From: Sphaeroforma arctica JP610
Lineage: Eukaryota
DNA: 33,959 nucleotides
NCBI RefSeq assembly: GCF_001186125.1
Contig: NW_014040411.1
Location: 28,140 to 62,098 of the forward strand
Direction of reading: 5' to 3'
Part shown: positions 1 to 30,740 of the stretch, piece by piece
Numbering within the stretch: the stretch's first letter is position 1
How the letters are laid out: the number at the start of each line of letters is the position of its first letter
Translations under genes and position numbers: made by a program
The notes under the pieces: generated by a model
Databases searched by the model: none
What the model was told of the DNA's origin: nothing
What the model saw: the letters and a program-made list of their open reading frames with translations, nothing else

Positions 1-272
1 TATGTAAGTGTATACATGTATATATATATGTGAGTGTGTGCGTGTTTGTGTTTGTGTGCGCGTGCGCGTGTGCGTGTGTATATATATTTATATATATTTC
101 TATATACATTCATAAATATAATTATAGATATATATATGTATATATATATATAGATAAATATATATATATATATTTATATATATATATGTATATGTATATA
201 AATGTATGTGTATATGTATGTATGTGTATATACACGTATATATGTTGATATATATATATATATATATATATG
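1..272. repeat. Compound (TA)n/(TG)n microsatellite
   Basis: Directly visible. Confidence 0.9.
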
Positions 273-397
273 TTGGGATATTGAGATATCGTGATGTGTA
301 CATCTTTTCAATTTCTATATTGATATTCCCAAATTCAGAACCGGAATGATCTCATTTCATTCATTTCATCACATCCGTGATCTCGATATTCTCGCAG

Positions 398-21147
<20,750 letters not shown>

Positions 21148-21719
21148 CGCATCGGTTAACTCATCAAATAGCGAATGGACAAGATTCGCATCTAGACTAA
21201 ATTAGAAAATCTAAATTGAGTGGAGCTGGCAGTTTGTGGATTGCACTGTGTGCCTTGCAGCATTAAACCAATAGATAAAATGTCAGCATTTTGATACCAT
21301 CTTACATGCTGATCGACTCTCGCCAAAAATTATAATTGCACAGAGGTGTGTTCCGGAATAATTACACGTAATGCTGTATGTCCGTTATATCACCCAGTAA
21401 ATGATTAGCCCCTGAAACGTCACAGCCAAATCGGGCATAGTTTGACTTAAACCGAATAGCCAATAAATAAATTGGTTCAATTGATACCATGTCACCGGTG
21501 ACTCCGTCATACTTGAATTTACCCGAAATCAATATGACTTGAAATTCGCCGATTTTAATACTCGCTGCCGACATGATGATTTGTGATAATACTATTAGTT
21601 TAAAGCTATTTTTGCCCTCAATTCATTAGAATAACATCGATTTTATAGTATCAGAACTCTACGGTGAGTATTTTAAGTGCACACCGCATGTCTGTCTTAT
21701 ATCATTGAATATAGACCTG

Positions 21720-21790
21720 ATCGGGAAAGTCAAAATTCTATGGGTATATGGCACACGCCTTATTAGAGAAAACTCCATCGCGATTCATGG
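21720..21790 (+). mobile_element. Possible degenerate RNase H remnant
   Basis: KVKILWVYGTRLIRENSIA loosely resembles the RNase H1-type motif WVxGHxGIxGNExAD, with the catalytic residues lost. Confidence 0.2.
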
Positions 21791-22151
21791 TCACGGCCCA
21801 TACTACAACACGGACAGAGATTACAAACAGATATCAACTAAAAGTGACAGCTTGGCGTCTGCACTCCGCCATCTTGGCTGCTTGGGGCTTCCAGAGGTAC
21901 ATTACACAGACTGGTTTTAAGCGATATCAACACACCGTTTTAATTGTGACCAAGAGTGCCAAACAAAGTCCTCTCGAGCTCCCGAGATCGAAGGCCGAAG
22001 CTGAAGCTCGCAAAGATTATCAGAGCAGTACGTAGTGAGAGTAGTATGAGCAGAGCTTGAAGTTGCTATGGATGTTATAATTTAGCTTGTTTTGTTTACA
22101 AAAATGGCCGCAGATTTCAATCTGCTATTTATGTTTTATCATCTTGTATCA

Positions 22152-22249
22152 GGAATGACGTCACGGTTTTTATCGCTATCAGTGATTGTACTATCAGTAT
22201 TGATAGTACAATATACTGATGGTGAAAATACGTGACTATTAGTCATTCC
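22152..22249 (+). other. Long imperfect hairpin, about 98 nt
   Basis: Arms GGAATGACGTCACGGTTTTTATCGCTATCAGTGATTGTACTATCA and TGATAGTACAATATACTGATGGTGAAAATACGTGACTATTAGTCATTCC around the loop GTAT. Manual pairing gives a perfect 12-bp apical stem and about 40 bp in total. Confidence 0.75.
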
Positions 22250-22382
22250 CTCACAAGACTCTTCACTTGCTTTTATGCAGGGGTATAAAAGCGAGGGAAC
22301 AGAATGCACTTATCTGTTCTCCTCACGTCTAAAACCGCAAGCCGTACACTTTACTACCCTTCCAACAGATCACATCGTGATC

Positions 22383-23190
22383 ATGGCGGACCAATACTTA
22401 CGCAATTTCATTCAACAACAACAAGATCTACTAAGCAATTTATAAGCCCAAAGTGCCCAGTTGCAGAACCAGATTACCCGACTAACACAGGATCATACCG
22501 CCACAGCTCTTCGAACTGCAACAAACGCCTTACAAACGATTGGCAACGTTGGATATCTCGCTCCGGATCCTCTTCGTCCATCTAGTTTGCTGAATTTTCG
22601 GTTTTCACTTTCCATCAGTAAAAACTAGTCCTTCGCACACTGGTTTCAGTCTCGCGTTGCACCAGTGCCAGCAATTTGCACAGGAGAACCGCTCGAGTTA
22701 TTTTCTATGTTCAAAATGTGGAATTTCCAGACGGGCTCGAATCTCGACCCTGTCTAGCTGGTACGAATGTGACGCCTCGCCCGTACAGAAGGAACTACTC
22801 AATCATATCACACTTTTTTTTTGTAGAGAGGTCTCAACCAATCAGCGTTTTCATGCAATACAATAGAGGAGCATCTGTAAGCTCTCCGGGGGTTAGACTT
22901 CGAGCTCATCACATATATCATCCACATTTGCGAGTGCAAATATACTAGAATCAAAGAAGGTGAAACAAAGGGCAACACATGGCATAACCGGCAAGTACAC
23001 AGAATCCTATCGAACTGTCCTACAGAAGAAACAAGAGTTTGCACTTCGGGGTCACAAACCCGAATAGTTGAACAGAAAGAAAATCGACCACTCTTCAATG
23101 AGCTCGACAGCACCGGAGGTACAAGTTCTTCCCGAGGCAGTGTCCGTGGCTGTGGCACGTACAACAATCGGGACTCACGCACCGAGTTAA
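22383..23190 (+). pseudogene. Decayed ORF, possibly gag-like
   Basis: TATAAAA at about 22284, then MADQYLRNFIQQQQDLLSNL*AQSAQLQNQITRLTQDHTATALRTATNALQTIG..., broken by stops and frameshifts. No diagnostic motif identified. Confidence 0.3.
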
Positions 23191-23199
23191 CCAGTAATA

Positions 23200-23200
<1 letters not shown>

Positions 23201-23289
<89 letters not shown>

Positions 23290-23298
23290 ATATGTATA
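23201..23298. repeat. (TG)n microsatellite at the junction of two decayed elements
   Basis: Directly visible. Confidence 0.9.
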
Positions 23299-23300
23299 GT

Positions 23301-23510
23301 TTATGTTTCATGGGAACACGTGAGAGCGAATGTCGCATCATAATTAGTGCCCTGCGTTTGAGTAAAACCTCGGGCGCATAACCGTGCCTTGTATTTATCA
23401 ACTATGCCGTCAATCATTTTGACCTTAGAGACCCACTTGCTGGAGACAATAAAAGCATCATCTAGGACGTCTTCGGGCTTAAGAAGATCATACGTCTTGG
23501 ACTTGGCAAG
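23301..23510 (-). mobile_element. Ty1/copia reverse transcriptase N-terminal fragment
   Basis: Minus-strand translation LAKSKTYDLLKPEDVLDDAFIVSSKWVSKVKMIDGIVDKYKARLCARGFTQTQGTNYDATFALTCSHET* carries the copia KWV..K / YKARLxARGFTQ..G..Y..TFA signature. Not in the ORF track. Confidence 0.9.
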
Positions 23511-23849
23511 TCATAATTGGATCCACTGTAGCGGAGTTGAGCCCAATCTAGGTTCAAGTCTCTCTTGGGAGAAGAGAGATTATTACTGTCGTCTGTGTTT
23601 GAAGGTGACATAGTGAATATAAGTAGAGTGAGAACAATCAATGGCACATAACCTAATGATCAACTATACCTATTGAACTAGAAGGACAAATCTTTATTTA
23701 ATATTTGTGTTGTAAATATATAATAAAGCTGTTGTGTAAGTGAAAATATATGTGAGAACGTATCCAAGATAAAGTGTTGTCAAGGATATGGAAATCCAAG
23801 TTGGATTAGTGAAAACCCCAGTTTGTCATGTAGAAGAAATAAGTCATGC

Positions 23850-24287
23850 TTAGGCATGCTCAATAAGAGCTTCAGTACGAGCAAGCTTTTCAAGGGCTTC
23901 GTCGAGGCGGCGCTTAAGAATATCCTTTTCACACTCAATACTGGAATGAAGATCGTGGAGTTGGCTGAGTTCGTATTTTAAGTCAACATATTCCTGTTTA
24001 TAGCGTGTAGCATCGTCGTGATATTGGTCACGGTTGGTTGTAACGCGACGAGCATTGGTGCGCGAGACGACGAGACGGGCTAGGACGACAGCCGTGCTGA
24101 CGGGGATGTCGTGAGCAACTAGTTGCAATTCACTGAGCATGTCATGAGTGCTAAGTGAGTGTATGTTTGCCTCGTCAAGCGTCTGGTACGTAGGACAATC
24201 AGGCCAGTGATCATCATGAAATGCAATAGCACTTTCGAGGGAGACAAAGGCCTGAGGTATAGTAAAGACTTCAATGGAGGGAGGCAT
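23850..24287 (-). CDS. Hypothetical 145-aa protein with C-terminal coiled coil, possibly retroelement-associated
   Basis: ATG-to-TAA ORF with protein-like composition and heptad-like YKQEYVDLKYELSQLHDLHSSIECEKDILKRRLDEALEKLARTEALIE. Same strand as the copia RT fragment and about 340 bp 5' of it. Confidence 0.45.
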   Translation of the reverse strand: MPPSIEVFTIPQAFVSLESAIAFHDDHWPDCPTYQTLDEANIHSLSTHDMLSELQLVAHDIPVSTAVVLARLVVSRTNARRVTTNRDQYHDDATRYKQEYVDLKYELSQLHDLHSSIECEKDILKRRLDEALEKLARTEALIEHA

Positions 24288-25869
24288 GTTGAATGACTGT
24301 GTGTATACCCGTGGTTGTGGTACCTGCAGATGTGTAGCGCGCGAGGTAACTGAATGCGAAGGGTATGAGACAGAGGAGAAACAGTATTATAGGAGTCTAG
24401 TGTTGGTTACATAGGCTCATAACCTATTAAACCATATGGAACTATGAATATAGTTACTTTATTATCCCTTTTTGCAGGGTTATATATCGTATAAACAATG
24501 TGATAGTTCACACGAAAGTATATCATTTAATCTGTGAGTGTCATAAAATATTGACACTGACATTTGTCAGTTTTCTTGTGTACTATAGTTAGTACCGAAC
24601 TGCTATTGTATAGGAGAATAACAGTGATGATTTTGTCTTCACAATAATTTCTTGGTTGGCTGACAAAGACAAGTGTGTATTTTTGTCAGCAATCCACTCT
24701 CACCTTAAATACTTCCTCATATTGCGAAACCAACCCCTACCCAACCCTATATCAGCGAAACCACATACTACATTACCCCTACTCATACGTCCTATACTAG
24801 ACTATATTTATATAACAAGAGCATTTCACTCGCAGCCTTATACCCATACCACTCTCATCCCAACAAACTCCCACACGATGCCCCGACTTGGCTCTGCCTG
24901 GATCCCCAATGGTAGAATCCTGGCCATGACAGGGCTGTCTCAAAGGCTCTCATTTATTGCTATTGGGCTTGCTGTAAACCCCCCGCAACAACATCAATAT
25001 TCTAATGGTATACTCATAGCAATCCTTCCTGATCGCATCTTTCCACCGCCATCTCAGGGTGGACCGGCTACTAATAGATTGCACACACTGTTCCTTGTTG
25101 ATGTGGTCCCTAGCTGCCTCCTTCTTATTTTCACTACAAAGTGGCACGCACTATACCATATACAAATTGAAATTATCAACTCTATGGATCCCTTGTCCCA
25201 TTGCATAGCAACTAAACCAGTATTGTGGTTACATGGAACAGGTTGCCGCTCCACGCCTCTAAATTTTTCAGCTATCTTAACTAACTCTAATGTGTATTCA
25301 ATGCTACCATGAATTGCTGCTGGAATTCTCCTAGAAATGTTCACCCTCTATTGCAATAGATTTTTTACAAAACAAGACAAAAAAACAAACGAACAAAAAC
25401 ATTGGGGGGTTTTTTTCAAATCAAAACCCAAAAAAACCCCAAAAAAATTATATAAACATTTGACTTGATGCCACAGAAACTGAACAGTTGTGAATCTCTA
25501 TTTTAGGAAATATGAAGCGGCAATAAAATAAAGTCACGATGCTTGGCCTAGTGGCCTTGCAAGTTGCAGCTTGCAGCTTTTGCCCTTTTATATCAAAATC
25601 ATTGCCAACTGATATTTAAATTTTAAAAAAGACAATAAATAAACAAATATATATCTTTGGCATTTGTTTTTTAATATTACTATTATTTATAAAAAAACTG
25701 ACTAAATATATATTGATGGTTGCATGGCAAAAACCAACCAAAAATAAACGGCCTAATAATTGACGGTTGATGCCCGAGAATATTTATATATTTATTTTAT
25801 AAATTAATATTTAAATTTTGTTTTTGTAGTTCGTTTGTTTAAAAAAAAGAAGAAGAATATATTGATAAA

Positions 25870-26740
25870 CACATTCCAACTCGCCGACTCCTCCATAATA
25901 GATATTCCCGGCACCCATCTCCATCCCAGTACACTCACAGGCGCACCTTGTCATGAGAAGTACAGATCTCTGTTAGGGGCACTCATTGGTTTCGCTGCAA
26001 ACATGTCCCGCCCGGAGATTGCATGTACTTTAGGCCAACTGGCTTCATGCAGCAACAAACCACTCCCTTCGCACTGGACAGCTCTACAACGGATACCCTT
26101 GTACCTCTCTGCCACAAAACACTTTATACTCAAATACACACCCAACACCATAAACACACCACTCGCCCAGGCATTGCAAGCCTATTCTGACTCGATTTGG
26201 TGGGTATACCTCGGCACCCAAAAATCTCATAGTGACACATTGATTACCATCAATGGTACACCTATACTATGGAACTCGGCTAAACAAAAGACAATAACTG
26301 GAAGCAGTGGTGAAGCGGAATAAATAGCCGCTGGAGAAACCACAAGAAAGATTTCTTGGATTAGGAACATACTGGAAGGCCTGAAAAACACATTACAAGC
26401 ACCTACCATATTACACATAGACATCCAAACTGTCATCAAAGTAGCATTAGGCACAGGCACACCGAAAGGTCTGAAGCACATTGAGATCAAGGAACACTAC
26501 ATACGTGACTGCGCCCACAGGAACGTCATTGACCTCCGCTACATTTCCACGCATGACAATCCCGCAAATTTACTGACCTAAAGTTTATCCCGCCCGAAGC
26601 ATGAACATTTCAGCGCGATGTTTTTACATGCACACGACGACTACTTCGTCGAGGCTCAATCTATTACGTTAAAAATACTACGCGACTTCGTAAGCAAGAT
26701 AAATCGAAGTGCATTACAGTTTAGCTTCAAGGGAGGTGTG
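25870..26740 (+). mobile_element. Degenerate Ty1/copia LTR retrotransposon: RT C-terminus, RNase H, polypurine tract and start of 3' LTR
   Basis: YRSLLGALI..SRPEIA..HWTALQRI.LYL, AYSDS.W, WNSAKQKTITGSSGEAE*IAA, KHIEIKEHYIRD, YISTHDNPANLLT*. In-frame TAA at 26321-26323 and 26579-26581. Purine run AAGGGAGG (26729-26736) immediately followed by TG at 26737. Confidence 0.92.
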
Positions 26741-28328
26741 GAGTAAGAATTACTCTCTCTCTATACGAATCTATACTCTAGCACACGTCCACTAGACAGG
26801 GCACTAGTCCGTAGCTCGGACCACATGTTCAAATAGATAATGACACTTTTTTTTTAAACAATACATGAAAGGCGTACAGACTTCAAATATGTATTTAACT
26901 TAAGTATGTAGAACACTATTTACTTTTAGTTATTCAGATTTCTTATTTGCATTCCTTGAAACTCGTGAAAGTTAAAAGACTTTCGTGCCCAGGCAATCAG
27001 GCGTAGCCTTCTGAAAATTACACATACAAAAGGAAGGCCCAGGCTTTAAAAAAATAAATAGTGCTCCCCGCAATATTTATGCCTTTTTATATATTTGTTT
27101 GTGTTTCTAAAACAATCATCAAAACAAGAATAATAGAAATTTATAACGGGTGACTGTCCCATATCGAAAATTGTGAAGAAAAAAAAATCTTCTTCACATA
27201 GATGGGCAACCTCTATATTTTAAAATCCCCGCCGGTCTTGAGCCTTGAGGTTAGATGGCAAACGGTTTGCTCTATATTACTACATATTACATTTTGTTTA
27301 CCCTGAGCCTCTGGCGGGCTAACCTCATAAAGTTATGGGGTCACTGTAAACGTACAATATTTACCTGTTACTTTTGAAATATATAAATTATAACTTGTAT
27401 TTGGAACAAATGAATATCTTATGTTTTTCAATTTTGAACTTGACAAGTTGTCCTATAGTTTAAGAGATTGGGCCAAGGAATGTATAATAGCCAATCAAGA
27501 ATCGTATTTCGCTCAACCTAACATCTGGAAGACGTTGGCCAAAAAATAGGACATAACACTTATACTCAGGGACCTGATTATTGCACCCGCTGAATATGAG
27601 TAGGGCCTTTAACGTAAAAATCACACAAAAATAAAAGTTTTAACTTTTAACTTTACGAGGTTAGCTGGGGGGGCCTGGTGACCTGGTCCCTGGGGCCTGG
27701 AGGCCTGCTGGAGCCTGGAGACCTGCTGCCATGCTGGAGCCTGGATTTTTCGAGTGAGCAGTTTAACTGTTTCTTACGTTTTCCAAAAACGTACGAATTT
27801 ATTCATTTACACTTCTCTCTCTCTCGATAGTCGAAGCATAGCAAGGGTCATGAATTCATGATCGATTTTGCATTTCCAGTATACGTTTACAGGGCCTGGA
27901 GATTTTTGCTATTTAACCGAGACTATGGAAGTTAAAATATTTACCAAATACATACAGTCTCACGGCTCACCAAATAAAAATCCAGGTAAGAACATCTATT
28001 CAGGTATTTTTAAATATATTTTTTAACATACAACAAAGGCTAGCAACTAGTTTACCGGTCTAATCAGTAATCATTCAGACACCAGTAAATTCTGAGCTGA
28101 AGTCTTTTCACTCAATCACATATTTGTAAGTAGCTCTAGCTCCAGCCTAAATTTATCATGCCAAAGATGTGTTCAAGATAAATTAAATTAAAAATGAATC
28201 TGGGGGTGTTAAGTTTAATAAATTAACCGACAGCGCAATCCGACAACTCAGAGGCTGGGGGTATTTATCTATGTGCTAACGCCTGAACGAAGATATGCTG
28301 CTGGGCTTTGTACATCAAGAAGCTTTAC

Positions 28329-28335
28329 TATAAAA
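28329..28335 (+). promoter_or_regulatory. Candidate TATA box of the transporter
   Basis: TATAAAA about 65 bp upstream of the ATG at 28399. Motif only. Confidence 0.3.
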
Positions 28336-28398
28336 CACGCGGTGATTCCAGCAATTCTACACATAAATATCAATCGAACAGTCTTTTATGTATATAGC

Positions 28399-29784
28399 AT
28401 GACTTTGACAAACATCGAAATAAAAGAGTCTCAGGTCAAGCTGGATTCAAATGAATCCCGGCAGCATGACGTAAACGGCGATACACTATCAATTCAGTCA
28501 GCTACCGCCGAAGCGTTAGGTACAGATATCACTCGCGGATCGGGTATATTCGGATCAGTCATGAATATGACTAACACTATTCTCGGTTCAGGAATCCTGT
28601 CCATTCCATATTCCACAGCACAACTTGGGTGGGTCCTTGCGTTGGTGATCATGTTTTTGGGTGCAACACTAACATTGTTCGGACTGCACCTGCTCAATAG
28701 AATAACAGATCGTTTGGGAGGTAGAAAAACATCCTTTGGCGATGCCTGTCGCCAATCATACCCGTGGCTAGTACTCATGGCCGACTTCGTCGTGTCCATC
28801 ACACTCTGGTCAATATCAGTTATATATATGACCATTGCGTCGAGTATGCTTCCCGATGTGATGCGAGCCTTAGTTGGCGACGATGTCAGTGCTGATGTCT
28901 TTTACATGCAGACGTGGTTCTGGCTGCTGATTTGCTGGGGTTGTTTTGCAGCACCCCTGTCCATGCTCAAGTCGCTCTGGTTCCTTGCATACACATCGTT
29001 GTCGGCTTTAGTCTGTGTAATCTGGACCGCTTTTGTTGTGTTCGCCTATTGTGTGGGTATCTTCGATCCCTGCGACGGAACAACAAATGATTGTCAAGGT
29101 GATACGGAGGCAGCTATCTGGGACTTCGGTGCGATAATGCGCGCCTTCCCTGTTTTCGTCCTTGGATTCTGTGTAGGCCCGGTTCTATTCAATATTTACA
29201 ACGCAATGGACCACCAGACTACGAAGCGCATGGACATATCCGCTGGCTGTACCATCTCACTTTGCACTGTACTGTATGTGATCATTGCCATCTGTGGCTA
29301 CTTCACCTATGGCGCGAATGTCGATTCCAACATTCTTGATTCCTATCCTACTTCTGTACCCGCGTCCATCGCTCGCCTCGGTACGGCATTTGTAGTCACG
29401 GTGTCCTATCCTTTGCTAATGCACTCATCTCGCGACTCCGGGATGCACGCTATCGGAACCATTGTGGCGATGTGCGGGAAGAAAGAACAGGGCGTTGCTC
29501 TTACAGACTGTAGCACCAAAATAGGAAATATTTTGTTCTACATCATGACAACCTTCTTGAATATTGCTGCATTTGTATTTGCATACTTTCAGATTGATAT
29601 CAACACGTTGCTGTCAATTACCGGAGCCGTAGGAAATGTCAATCTGAGTTTCACACTACCGGCAGTAATTTATTGGAAGATGTTCGAGGAGGATGGTATG
29701 ACACTTCGCCGTATGCTCTGCATACCATTTAGCATCTTCGGACTACTTACCATGTGCATTAGTTTATGGGCGAATTTTTCCTAG
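28399..29784 (+). CDS. Amino-acid transporter, Aa_trans/AAAP (SLC38/AVT-like) family, intronless CDS, 461 aa
   Basis: Uninterrupted ORF (track 28273-29784) whose first ATG is at 28399, a start supported by the paralogue at 33809. TM1 motif GSVMNMTNTILGSGILSIPYS, then GYFTYGANVDSNILDSYP, VTVSYPLL, LLSITGAVG..LSFTLPA, and about 11 hydrophobic segments. Confidence 0.93.
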   Translation: MTLTNIEIKESQVKLDSNESRQHDVNGDTLSIQSATAEALGTDITRGSGIFGSVMNMTNTILGSGILSIPYSTAQLGWVLALVIMFLGATLTLFGLHLLNRITDRLGGRKTSFGDACRQSYPWLVLMADFVVSITLWSISVIYMTIASSMLPDVMRALVGDDVSADVFYMQTWFWLLICWGCFAAPLSMLKSLWFLAYTSLSALVCVIWTAFVVFAYCVGIFDPCDGTTNDCQGDTEAAIWDFGAIMRAFPVFVLGFCVGPVLFNIYNAMDHQTTKRMDISAGCTISLCTVLYVIIAICGYFTYGANVDSNILDSYPTSVPASIARLGTAFVVTVSYPLLMHSSRDSGMHAIGTIVAMCGKKEQGVALTDCSTKIGNILFYIMTTFLNIAAFVFAYFQIDINTLLSITGAVGNVNLSFTLPAVIYWKMFEEDGMTLRRMLCIPFSIFGLLTMCISLWANFS

Positions 29785-29851
29785 GGTTTTTCTACAAGTA
29801 GATCAATGACATCAAATTAAACAAATATAATCTAATATTTAACCTCTTCAA

Positions 29852-30215
<364 letters not shown>

Positions 30216-30409
30216 GAACATTAATTATGGCATGATTGATTCCAAATTAGCCTCATGATTGCACTAGCAAAGACTGTTGATCAATAGTAAATACGGTACG
30301 TGTCTTTGTTGAAATAGCCTTTATAATTGAATAAGAGCAGAGCTTCTATCGTCTGTATCATGCTCAGGATGCTCTATGGTAAAAGTCAGGTATATATAAA
30401 CATCAATTA

Positions 30410-30740
30410 CGAATGTACCTTTTCCGGAAACGTCTTCTCATAATTGAAATGGTACTGAGCATCCTATCGCATATGTCTGGTATATGGACAATTTCTCACG
30501 AAAACCTAGGGAAGGCCAGCTGAAAATTGCTAGGGAAGGCCAGCTGAAAATTGTAGTGGAATTGAGATCTGTGTATAAAATAGATAGGTTGGCGTGTCGA
30601 GGCTGAAATATTCCAACTGATCTAAAAGAGGTGTACATTGTCCGTCAGAAAGAACATAGCAGATTGGCTGCTTGATAAACCCGCATCTAGATATCTCATT
30701 GCTAAATCCAAACATTATTCAGTGGTTTCATAGCTTCCGC
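30410..30740 (-). mobile_element. Possible highly decayed Ty3/gypsy-like RNase H remnant
   Basis: Minus frame SYETTE*CLDLAMRYL...MFFLTDNVHL...HYNFQLAF...HIPD has spacing similar to YsttEkE..TDH..ynF. It is interrupted by stops and a 24-bp duplication at about 30506-30553. Confidence 0.25.

Noticed and set aside
24656..25344. 218-aa plus-strand ORF and overlapping minus-strand ORFs
   Set aside because: The plus-strand ORF has a non-ATG start, and no frame shows a recognisable motif. It may be a decayed remnant, but I cannot support a call.
28273..28398. 42-aa N-terminal extension of the transporter
   Set aside because: It starts at GTG, and the paralogue aligns from the ATG at 28399.
28494..28835. 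113-aa antisense ORF
   Set aside because: It is a shadow of the transporter CDS.
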